IMG/VR virus record: IMGVR_UViG_3300032053_000002
Span: 186,001-250,000 of that record
Strand: one strand, 5' to 3'
Length of the DNA: 64,000 nucleotides
Shown here: one piece after another, positions 29,184 to 37,575 of the stretch
How the letters are laid out: each line of letters opens with the position of its first letter
How positions within the stretch are numbered: position 1 is the first letter of the stretch
Notes under the pieces: generated by a model
What the model was told of the DNA's origin: nothing
What the model saw: the letters and a program-made list of their open reading frames with translations, nothing else
The model's database searches: none
Translations under genes and position numbers: made by a program

Positions 29184-30143
29184 TTATTTAACTCCGAAAT
29201 GTCTTTTTAACATTTTTTTAATCAAATCCTGCACTTCATTATATCTGGGTTTCGAGGGAAGTTTGCTAGTATTAGATAAACTTTCAACTTCCTTTTCTAA
29301 TTCTTCAGACATTTTTAAAACATCGGTCATTTTATACTTTCCATTTTTAACATCTAAAATCAGGTCGCGGTCTTTTAAAGGAAAAATCAACTCACCGGTT
29401 TTTAATAACTCAATTCCTTCAAACATAAGACGTAATAAATGACTTCCGAACTTAGTGTCGAATCCTTTATTTAACAATAAATCTTTACGATTACTCACTT
29501 TAGATAATCTTTCAGCTAACATTTTTTTTACTTTTTTAACCATGAAATGTCGTTGAAAATTTAAATCCCCACATTGAATATTGTCGCCTTTAACAGTGAA
29601 AAAAGGAAGTTTTTCCAAAGGCAATTCAACCAATAATTTTTTATTTTCTTCTACGGTATTAAAGTTTTCTTCCAAATATTCATATGTGTTTTTTAAGGCA
29701 TAAAAATTCTCGGTACGAATAACCATTTTTCTTTTTTGAGTAAACGCATAACCTAAAAACCTATGTTTCAATCCAACATGAAGAAAAAGATGGCGATTAT
29801 CCAATAATTCTTTCCCAAAATCGTTGGCGAAAAGCAAATTTTCTTTATTCACAAAAAGAGTTTCTAGTACATTGGGATTATTGTCGAGCGACAACTTGGC
29901 GTATTTTCGTAATTCATAAAAAACAACATCTATCGCTTCTTTAGAATTTCGCCCACTTTCCAATTTATCTTTGACGGATAAATCAATAAAATTGGCGGTT
30001 TCAAACCCGAAAACTTGATTTTCTTCAGGCATAAAAACACCGGCATAGTCTTCATCGGAATTAACGGTGTTAGTTCCATATAGAAAACTACCAATACGAA
30101 ATTTTAAAATCTTATTTTCTTTAACTAATTTTTCGGCGTTCAC
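29184..30143 (-). CDS. Pol-beta-superfamily nucleotidyltransferase (RlaP/Nuc-transf-like)
   Basis: GSFLYGTNTVNSDEDYAGVF, NNPNVLETLF, FDTKFGSHLLRL. Confidence 0.85.
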   Translation of the reverse strand: MNAEKLVKENKILKFRIGSFLYGTNTVNSDEDYAGVFMPEENQVFGFETANFIDLSVKDKLESGRNSKEAIDVVFYELRKYAKLSLDNNPNVLETLFVNKENLLFANDFGKELLDNRHLFLHVGLKHRFLGYAFTQKRKMVIRTENFYALKNTYEYLEENFNTVEENKKLLVELPLEKLPFFTVKGDNIQCGDLNFQRHFMVKKVKKMLAERLSKVSNRKDLLLNKGFDTKFGSHLLRLMFEGIELLKTGELIFPLKDRDLILDVKNGKYKMTDVLKMSEELEKEVESLSNTSKLPSKPRYNEVQDLIKKMLKRHFGVK

Positions 30144-30170
30144 GATACATAACCTTTTTATTTATAATAA

Positions 30171-30199
30171 AATATAACCACAAAACTCTCAATTGTCAA
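30171..30199 (-). promoter_or_regulatory. Sigma70-type early promoter TTGACA-N17-TATATT
   Basis: Shares a ~30-bp downstream leader with the 30481 copy. Confidence 0.75.
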
Positions 30200-30212
30200 G
30201 ATAAAATTTCGT

Positions 30213-30452
30213 TTATTCAATATTTAAAACGGTCACGACGGTTTTTTCGGTTGGATTAAAAACCAATCCGATAATTTTACCATTAAGACGTACTGTTATG
30301 GTCAGGCTGTTGCGAAGGGCTTCTTCTTTGATAACATAAAACTTTTTCAAACTAACAAGAAACCGAATAGCGTCCAATTCACGTTTTAGTTTTATATCGT
30401 ACCTTTCAAACAACCGCATGACGGCATGGTTCGTTAATTTTATCTCGTTCAT
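30213..30452 (-). CDS. Small protein, DUF4258/RelE-like HAxxR motif
   Basis: LTNHAVMRLFERY. Confidence 0.5.
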   Translation of the reverse strand: MNEIKLTNHAVMRLFERYDIKLKRELDAIRFLVSLKKFYVIKEEALRNSLTITVRLNGKIIGLVFNPTEKTVVTVLNIE

Positions 30453-30480
30453 AGTAACATAACCCTTTTATTTATAATAA

Positions 30481-30509
30481 AATATAGTCATTATAACCAT
30501 ATCAGTCAA
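30481..30509 (-). promoter_or_regulatory. Sigma70-type early promoter TTGACT-N17-TATATT
   Basis: Near-identical leader to the 30171 copy. Confidence 0.75.
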
Positions 30510-30558
30510 GAGAAAAATTAACTATTTTGAAGTTGGTGTACGAGTGTTCACCATTGGA

Positions 30559-31959
30559 CTATCCCATGCCCTCAACTTTTTTTACCGGCGTCTCTATCAG
30601 TTCTTCAAATTTCTGATTTAATAATCTTCTTTCCAACAGAGTTCCGCTTTCCATTTCTTTTTTGATTTTCTGACCCGTGTCCGTCTTTTCATCAAATATT
30701 TCAATCGTACCATTCGCCGCATTTATTTTGGCCGGATAAGTAAACCCGTCCGGCCCGAATCTATTTTTGGCGACATGAATTCTTCCAGTGTGAGATAATT
30801 TATCCTTTGTTCTTCTCTGCAAAGTCATTATAAAGTCGCTTATCATCACCTTAGAATATGCTTCCGATATTCTATTCGCTTCGATGTATTCGTCTTCGGT
30901 AGATGACCGATTACTTTGTGATGCGCTCCATAACGGAACTTCAAATTCTCCGGCCATTCCTCTAAGTTCTTCGTATATGCCTTCTAATTCGAACCGTTTT
31001 TCTTTTGCGTTATATAAAATATTCCCTTTTATTAAATCTCCGTAATCCACTATAATCATATCCGGTTTAAACCCAAAATTTATACAACGAGTTATATGCG
31101 CTCGTATGGTATCGATTGTCGCATGTTTTGTTGGATAGTGTTTTATTATAACATTTCCTTTAACTTTTCCTATTTCTTTTAAAACGTCATCCTGATGAAA
31201 TTTTATCTCTTGAGATGGATACCCCGATAATCTAGAATCATACCTCAGTCCGATATAATCGTCAGATAATTCTAAAGTATAATGCAAAACTATTTTTCCC
31301 TTATTCGCGGCAGCAATGCCTATGCAAGTCAATGCCCATGTTTTTCCAATTCCACCTGGCGCAACAATCACTCCCATTTCTCCCTTTCCCAGTCCGCCAT
31401 CCAATATTTCATTTATGATTGGCCAGGGTGTTGAAATAGTATTTCTAACCGTTTCGCTAACTCGTCTCTTGAAGAACTCCAAGTCTTTATAAATCACCCC
31501 TAACTCTCTGGACTCCCCCGCTTTAAGCGCTTTATCGACGATTGGGCGAACACCGTCCAGCTTTCCTTTGTTTATCAAATCTGCGCATTCTATAATTGCA
31601 TTTTTCATCGCTTGGTTTTTGGCGAAATTTAAAAAATTTTCCTTAACATAATCTAAATCTGTCGCCCCCATATTTTGATATACGGAACGCAAATTCTCTA
31701 TTATGGATTTTTTTAGTATATCAGGTAAATCATTTTTTTCTAACTCTATCTTGAAAACGTCTAAAGTCGGGTAGTTTTTATATTGTTGATGATACGATAA
31801 AATATTTCTAATGATCCACTTATTTGCGTCAGAATCGTAATATTGAGGCAAGACTATATCCGATATCTGTTCTAAATATTTGGAATCCTTTAATAAACAA
31901 GTAATAGTTTTTATTTGAAATGAAACTCCGAATTGAAATAGGCTATCGTATTCGGTCAT
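30559..31959 (-). CDS. gp41: Replicative helicase (DnaB/gp41-like)
   Basis: APGGIGKT, YTLE, IVDYGD, SASQSNR, KNRFG. Confidence 0.93.
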   Translation of the reverse strand: MTEYDSLFQFGVSFQIKTITCLLKDSKYLEQISDIVLPQYYDSDANKWIIRNILSYHQQYKNYPTLDVFKIELEKNDLPDILKKSIIENLRSVYQNMGATDLDYVKENFLNFAKNQAMKNAIIECADLINKGKLDGVRPIVDKALKAGESRELGVIYKDLEFFKRRVSETVRNTISTPWPIINEILDGGLGKGEMGVIVAPGGIGKTWALTCIGIAAANKGKIVLHYTLELSDDYIGLRYDSRLSGYPSQEIKFHQDDVLKEIGKVKGNVIIKHYPTKHATIDTIRAHITRCINFGFKPDMIIVDYGDLIKGNILYNAKEKRFELEGIYEELRGMAGEFEVPLWSASQSNRSSTEDEYIEANRISEAYSKVMISDFIMTLQRRTKDKLSHTGRIHVAKNRFGPDGFTYPAKINAANGTIEIFDEKTDTGQKIKKEMESGTLLERRLLNQKFEELIETPVKKVEGMG

Positions 31960-33011
31960 TATTTTTCTCCCTGGGTTTGTAATGCAAATATATTTAACTT
32001 ATTAAAATTAGTCAGCAACCACGAATTCAAATTAGGAATTGCGGAATACATCTTGTCCTCTAGAAACAAGCGTTTAAATTGAAACTGATTTATTATACTT
32101 ATCGGCTTATCAATAAGTTCCCGAATAATTGATTTACTAGTTCCGCTAATATTACTGGTACTGAGTTGCATTAATTTATAATTTCTAATCAGTTCATCTT
32201 TTTTTTCAGATAAAGTTTTAAGTGTCTTATTATTTTCCGACTCTTTTTGTATGTATTCCATGAAAGAATCAAAATCTATTTTTTTATCTTCGCAGATTAT
32301 TGCGACATTTTTATGCACCGTTTTTTCGCCGATTCCTTTTATACCTGGAACATTATCAGATTTATCCCCGGTAATAATTTTAAATAAAATATGATTGTCA
32401 GATATAACTCCGTAGTCTTCTTTCACCGAAGAAGGGGTATAGAGTTTTTTTCGGGTTGGACTCCAAACCGAAACCTTATCGTTTATTAACTGTATAAAAT
32501 CCGCGTCGGTCGACATTATAGTTACTTTTTCTTTGAATATATCATTCGCAAGATACGCCATCACATCGTCGCCTTCTACATTTTCTATCACAATAGTTGT
32601 TACCGGCAAAAAATCCAAATACTCCGCTATTCGTATTAATTGTCGCATCGCATTTTTATGTTCTTCATCCGCATCTTCAAAATCGTATGCACGATTCAAC
32701 CTTACTCGTAATCCTTTTCTGTTTTGCTTATATTCGGGGTATATTTTTCGCCTTCGTTGACTTCCACCTTTACCATCGAAAACAATTACACAACGAGTTG
32801 GGCTCAGCAATCGAACGGCATACGCGACAGTATTCAAAAACCCGACAATCCCTCCAATGTGAGTTCCGTCATCATTCATGGACGGATTGACCGAAAACGC
32901 TCTTAAATAAGAGTTGAGCCCATCGATTATTAAAACATTAGAATTTACGGTTTGCTCAACGGAATGTTCCTTTTGTATCTCTTTTAAGAGATTGTTAAAA
33001 TTTACGGTCAT
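31959..33011 (-). CDS. 5'-3' flap exonuclease (T4 RNase H-like)
   Basis: IIDGLN, VFDG, EGDD, STDADFIQ, GDKSDNVPGIKGIG. Confidence 0.92.
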   Translation of the reverse strand: MTVNFNNLLKEIQKEHSVEQTVNSNVLIIDGLNSYLRAFSVNPSMNDDGTHIGGIVGFLNTVAYAVRLLSPTRCVIVFDGKGGSQRRRKIYPEYKQNRKGLRVRLNRAYDFEDADEEHKNAMRQLIRIAEYLDFLPVTTIVIENVEGDDVMAYLANDIFKEKVTIMSTDADFIQLINDKVSVWSPTRKKLYTPSSVKEDYGVISDNHILFKIITGDKSDNVPGIKGIGEKTVHKNVAIICEDKKIDFDSFMEYIQKESENNKTLKTLSEKKDELIRNYKLMQLSTSNISGTSKSIIRELIDKPISIINQFQFKRLFLEDKMYSAIPNLNSWLLTNFNKLNIFALQTQGEK

Positions 33012-33562
33012 GGATTTAACACATCAACCAATTTCTCAGTCGCCTTTCCATAAATTTGTTTAGTCCAACCGTTTGTTTTTCCGCGATTGTTTCCTATTAA
33101 ACAACCTCGCTCTTCATTTTTTGCTTTTACTATATGAAGATAAAATTTCCCCTTTACTTTGCAATAAACAATGTCGCCTACTTTAACATCTTCCATTTTA
33201 ATCGGCACCAATCTAACAGGTTGTTTTGATTTAATTAGGGGAGTCATAGAATTTCCAGATTCTTTAACTATTATTGATTCTCCTTTTTGGAGCATTTCTA
33301 CTTTCCAATTATTCAACTCCGTTTCCTCCAATATATTATTTTTTTTATGTAATTCAAGTTCTTTTTCAAACTTTTTATCCGCCGCCCTAAAACAATGAAA
33401 GTTTTCGCATTGACTTCCAGGATCTCGTTCTTCTTTATGTTTTCTACACCAACCTTTTTCTATATAGCCACCAAACTCATTTCCGTTAAAATTATAATAA
33501 ATACAAAAATCGCAAACGGGCAAGCACTCATCGCAACAAGTTATTGGTAAATTACTTTTCAT
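33008..33562 (-). CDS. Cys-rich N-terminus fused to an S24/S26 peptidase-like domain
   Basis: SGNSMTPLI...VGDIV...YLHIVK. Confidence 0.6.
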   Translation of the reverse strand: MKSNLPITCCDECLPVCDFCIYYNFNGNEFGGYIEKGWCRKHKEERDPGSQCENFHCFRAADKKFEKELELHKKNNILEETELNNWKVEMLQKGESIIVKESGNSMTPLIKSKQPVRLVPIKMEDVKVGDIVYCKVKGKFYLHIVKAKNEERGCLIGNNRGKTNGWTKQIYGKATEKLVDVLNP

Positions 33563-33944
33563 ATTTTTCGACTATCCTCTGAATAAAAAGTTTTTTATTT
33601 GAAGTTTTTTTCCATTCACTTTGCCATATAATTTCTATATTAAATCCCATTTTCTTAGCGAAATCCATCTTTTCTTCGTCTTTTTCCCACTTTTCCCACG
33701 CATACTGATTTTTTATCTTATCATAGAAATCTGGCGAATATGTATTTTTATTATAATGCCATCTGTCGCCATAATACTCAACGATTAAATTTAAATCTTC
33801 AATATACATATCGTATGGAAAAGTGTTTAAATAAAATTCATTTCTGATTTTAAATCCACAAGATTTAAATTCTTCGGCTACCTGAATATGTCCCTGACTA
33901 TATCGACGGCGAAGTATTTTTTTCTTCTTATTGTTTTTAGGCAA
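33552..33944 (-). mobile_element. Vsr/EDxHD-like endonuclease
   Basis: PYDMYI..IVEYYGDRWH..KD..K..GF..IWQSEW. Confidence 0.72.
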
Positions 33945-33962
33945 AATAGTTCTCTATGAGCG

Positions 33963-34853
33963 CTATTCTTCGCCCACAACTTCATCCGTGTGAACTACCG
34001 TATCATCTTCGCTCAACCCGATAGTCGATTCAGAACGATATTTGGTGATTAAAATATCGCAAATCTTATTATAAACGAATTCTTTAAATTCGGGTTTGCT
34101 CTCCAATATAGATTTCCAGTTACTTAACTCGAATTTTACTTCTTCTCCATTTTGGTCATCCATCTTATATCCCGGGCTTGAACGTTTCGCAACGTCATAG
34201 TCTTTTAGAATGTTAAGCCAACTTTCGTAGTCGTCTATTCCGCGATCAAAATACATATCAAAGTCGGCAGTTCTAAATGGTGGTGCGACACGATTTTTAA
34301 TAACCTGCGCTCTTGCTTTAACTCCGAGTACCCTATCTTCACTTTTTGTTTTTTGTTTTATTTGCCCTATACATTTTAAGCGAAGTCGTACAGAAGAATG
34401 AAATGCTATTGCTTTTCCGCCAGAAGTTGTATTATGATTTAATCTTCCATTGGCATAATAATTTTCGCCATCAACTTCAATGTCAACTATATTTAATGGT
34501 TCGTCAGTAACCCACTTAAAATCTTCATGGCTTCTTAGCGTAATATCTTTATAGATTTTTTTTGTTTTAAATTCTTCTCCACCAAATGAATCCGCGGGTC
34601 TCCTCAACTCTATTATTCTATGATTTCCACTTCCTTTCAATTTTCCATCTGTATAATAATCTTCAACGGATTCTTTAACCAAAAAGGTTTTTACTTTCTT
34701 ATATTCATCTTTTCCAGTTTCCAGATTCTTTCCCAACACTTGAATATCAAAATCAGATAAATCATACTCGCATGGTGTCTTAAAATCATTTATACCGATA
34801 AATTTTTCAGCGAATTCTGCTAAAGTCAATTCTTCTTCAATGTATTTTTCCAT
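33963..34853 (-). CDS. uvsX: RecA/UvsX C-terminal half preceded by a 141-aa C-intein
   Basis: ...NGRLNHN|TTSGGKAIAFHSSVRL..IKNRVAPPFR; own GGAG SD. Confidence 0.9.
   Translation of the reverse strand: MEKYIEEELTLAEFAEKFIGINDFKTPCEYDLSDFDIQVLGKNLETGKDEYKKVKTFLVKESVEDYYTDGKLKGSGNHRIIELRRPADSFGGEEFKTKKIYKDITLRSHEDFKWVTDEPLNIVDIEVDGENYYANGRLNHNTTSGGKAIAFHSSVRLRLKCIGQIKQKTKSEDRVLGVKARAQVIKNRVAPPFRTADFDMYFDRGIDDYESWLNILKDYDVAKRSSPGYKMDDQNGEEVKFELSNWKSILESKPEFKEFVYNKICDILITKYRSESTIGLSEDDTVVHTDEVVGEE
34431..34853 (-). mobile_element. Split intein, C-part (141 aa)
   Basis: Block B-like KGSGNHRI; blocks F/G VDIEVDGENYYANGRLNHN, followed by Thr+1. Confidence 0.88.
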
Positions 34854-34855
34854 AA

Positions 34856-35287
34856 TTATTCTCCAAAAAATTCAAACGCAACTATTTTTTCGTTTTTTCG
34901 GATTCCCCGACCTTCTTGATTAAAATGATCACGTAAATACTCGTGACTTTTAAAAAATATCATTCTATTCTCTTTAAAAAAATCTTGATTCATAATAATT
35001 CTATAACTGTTTTTCGATTGTTCAAAAATATTTTTATCCGTTCTTTTTGATCTTAAATATTCCCTACACATTTTATATATTTCTCTATCATTATATTCTT
35101 TCGTATATCTCTCTATACTATCGCATAAACCATCCAATTCAAAAATAAAACTATGTATTAATATTTTTCTTTTTGATTCTAATAAATCTCTTTCTGATTC
35201 TTGATATCCTTTAAATTTCAATATAAAATTAATAACATCCGCAACATCGGTTTTTCTTTCTTCAATCATTTCTAAAATATAGTTCAT
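34856..35287 (-). CDS. Hypothetical protein lying between the two recA halves
   Basis: GAGGAG SD; no nuclease motif recognised. Confidence 0.65.
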   Translation of the reverse strand: MNYILEMIEERKTDVADVINFILKFKGYQESERDLLESKRKILIHSFIFELDGLCDSIERYTKEYNDREIYKMCREYLRSKRTDKNIFEQSKNSYRIIMNQDFFKENRMIFFKSHEYLRDHFNQEGRGIRKNEKIVAFEFFGE

Positions 35288-35389
35288 AATAAATTCTCCT
35301 CAATTATATTTTTCCATCAACTATTTTAATTTTCTTCATAAAATAAAACTCCTTTAATTATTTTTAATATTATCTAATATGAAGAATAT

Positions 35390-36130
35390 TTATTTTTCAT
35401 TCAATTTATATCTAATTTTTATTTTTGTTGTATATGGGTCAACACACCACGGGTCTCCGAACATTACTCCGAGTTTCTGCCTAAGTTGATTTGTCAGAAC
35501 AACGCATATCTTTTGTTTTCCGATTAGACGAGTTATTTTGCGAAGTGCTCTAGAAATGATAATCGCTTTATCGGTATTCCAACCTTCTTTAGAATAGTCG
35601 CCTTCGAGTTCTCCAGTAGTCGTCGCTGCGGCGACCGAATCCACAACAATCGTTACTAATTTATCTTTGTGCGCTTCACGAACTTCATTTATTATTTTAT
35701 CTATTGCGGAAAAAATTTGTTCGACCGTATCAAGTTGAGTATAGACCATTTTACTTATATCTATTCCGATTGCTCGTAAGAAATCCATACTCAATGCATT
35801 TTCAGTATCAATATAAACCGCAACGCCGTCTCTCTTTTGAGTATTCGCCAAAATGTGGGCGGCCAATAACGATTTTCCTGATGCTTCCAATCCATTTATT
35901 TCTATGATTCGCCCAACCGGAATACCACCGTGCGGACGATTAGAAATCGCCAAGTCCAGCATCGTACTTCCAGTAGAAATCCAATCGTCAACATCCGTAG
36001 GAGTTTCTTCTTCACCTATAAAATATGCCACTTTTCCTATGTCTTTAAATTCTTTATTTAAGTTCTCCGCCAACGAATGCGCTAAATCATTTTTGTCCGT
36101 TTTATTCTTTTCACTTTTATTTGTCGCCAT
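35390..36130 (-). CDS. uvsX: RecA/UvsX N-terminal half ending in an 18-aa N-intein
   Basis: GLEASGKS Walker A, YIDTE, VVDSVAA, TNQLR..GVMFGDPW|CVDPYTTKIKIRYKLNEK*. Confidence 0.92.
   Translation of the reverse strand: MATNKSEKNKTDKNDLAHSLAENLNKEFKDIGKVAYFIGEEETPTDVDDWISTGSTMLDLAISNRPHGGIPVGRIIEINGLEASGKSLLAAHILANTQKRDGVAVYIDTENALSMDFLRAIGIDISKMVYTQLDTVEQIFSAIDKIINEVREAHKDKLVTIVVDSVAAATTTGELEGDYSKEGWNTDKAIIISRALRKITRLIGKQKICVVLTNQLRQKLGVMFGDPWCVDPYTTKIKIRYKLNEK
35393..35446 (-). mobile_element. Split intein, N-part (18 aa)
   Basis: Block A-like CVDPYTTKI starting with Cys1. Confidence 0.82.
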
Positions 36131-36161
36131 AATTTTTCTCCATCTCCAATCAATAAAAATA

Positions 36162-36187
36162 AAATGAGCCGGAATCCCGGCTCATTT
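36162..36187 (-). terminator. Intrinsic terminator after ssb
   Basis: AAATGAGCCGG-AATC-CCGGCTCATTT, 11-bp stem with T-rich tail on the minus strand. Confidence 0.8.
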
Positions 36188-36205
36188 GTTAGTCGCAATT
36201 AAATG

Positions 36206-37057
36206 TTATTTCTCGTTAAAAACCGCATTAAACGCATCTTGTAATTCACCGGCATCTAGTGGTTTCGTAGATGGTTTCGGTGGTTTAGGCGGAGCGGGTT
36301 TTTTTGGAGCTTCTTCTTCTTCGACGACGCTGTCTGGGTCTGGAACTTCTTCTTCGTCTTCCGAATAACTGACAGCTTCCTTACCTTCTGGCGCATCTTC
36401 CGGATTCAGGTGTTTTTTGAGTATACTCGTCAACTCTTCATAGCTTTTTTCTTCGTACAATTCGGAAATGTCAATCTGAGAATCAACGATGATTTTCATA
36501 ATTTCCTTATCGTCCGTAATAGGCGTTTGGTTTACCCGAATACGCATATTTGTTTTCGGATAATCTTGACCTTCGGCTTTTTTGGAGCTGACAATTATAT
36601 CTCTACCGGATACTACGTCAGTAATATCACCGTATTCAGGATCGGCGATATGTGCTAACAGTTCTTCGTATACCGTTTTACCGAATCCCCAGAACTTAAC
36701 TCCCTCTTGTTCTTTTTTACGAATAATAATCGGAACAAAAGTTCTCAGTTTAGGTTCTAACTTTTTACCCATCTTCCAGTTTTCCTTGTCGCCAGAAGTT
36801 TTCAACTTTTGTGCGAATTCCATTATCGGGTCAGGACGACCAAATGAAACGGGCGACAAAAGTGTTTTACCGGCGAGTTCATAATGGAAATACAGTTCGA
36901 TAAAAGGATTTTCGCGATTGAATTTGTACGGCACAATTCGTATAACCTGTTCTTGTACTGTAGGCTTCCAAATCATATCAGATTTACGATTTGTTTTCTT
37001 TAAAGCGTCCAGACGTTGCTTGATTGCATCGATGTTGATGCCTTTTTGAGGTGACAT
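36206..37057 (-). CDS. Single-stranded DNA-binding protein (gp32-like)
   Basis: WKP..RIVP, FWGFGKTVY, YGDITD..GRD, acidic/Pro-rich tail; start MSPQ after AAGGAG. Confidence 0.82.
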   Translation of the reverse strand: MSPQKGINIDAIKQRLDALKKTNRKSDMIWKPTVQEQVIRIVPYKFNRENPFIELYFHYELAGKTLLSPVSFGRPDPIMEFAQKLKTSGDKENWKMGKKLEPKLRTFVPIIIRKKEQEGVKFWGFGKTVYEELLAHIADPEYGDITDVVSGRDIIVSSKKAEGQDYPKTNMRIRVNQTPITDDKEIMKIIVDSQIDISELYEEKSYEELTSILKKHLNPEDAPEGKEAVSYSEDEEEVPDPDSVVEEEEAPKKPAPPKPPKPSTKPLDAGELQDAFNAVFNEK

Positions 37058-37145
37058 AGCAATTCTCCTTGTTTTATGATTCAAAGTTTAAGGTTTACCA
37101 TTCAGACTTATTCGCCTAAATGCAACCCTTTTTGTTTTATGTTTT

Positions 37146-37174
37146 ATTATACTACCTATAAATATAAAAGTTCC
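37146..37174 (-). promoter_or_regulatory. Putative middle promoter GGAACT-N17-TATAAT with an embedded TATTTATA
   Basis: Upstream of ssb/recA/helicase. Confidence 0.7.
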
Positions 37175-37179
37175 AAAAA

Positions 37180-37575
37180 TTATAAATTTATTATTTCAAA
37201 TATTTTGGTGTTTATTTTCTTTAATCCATTTTCATCAGTGACTAATAGAGTGTTCTGAAATTTTTCCCAATCTATCTGAAAGTTTGGATCGGGTTTTCCG
37301 TCGTTTAATAGACTGACAATATGATTTAACGCGTTTATGGTATAAAGAGTGTTGGTTTGTTTCTTCCTATGAACTGAAATCGTATTGTGTAGTGTTTCGG
37401 AAGGAGTTTCTTTTAATTCGATATTATATGTGCACATTAGTTCTCGGTTATTTTCTTTATTTTCTAATACATATATTCGCCCGAATACCACATTATAAGT
37501 TTTTTTTATCAAATCAATCGTTTCCTGTAATTTGTTTTTTTTAGTAAATGTACACAGTAACTGAGTTTTATCCAT
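37180..37575 (-). CDS. Conserved-looking phage hypothetical protein
   Basis: QLLCTF..TYN..HRKKQTNTLYTINALN. Confidence 0.6.
   Translation of the reverse strand: MDKTQLLCTFTKKNKLQETIDLIKKTYNVVFGRIYVLENKENNRELMCTYNIELKETPSETLHNTISVHRKKQTNTLYTINALNHIVSLLNDGKPDPNFQIDWEKFQNTLLVTDENGLKKINTKIFEIINL

Noticed and set aside
15744-31959. Inteins or introns in PolB, NrdJ or helicase
   Set aside because: Catalytic motifs are contiguous at normal spacing, with no C...HN-[CST] blocks
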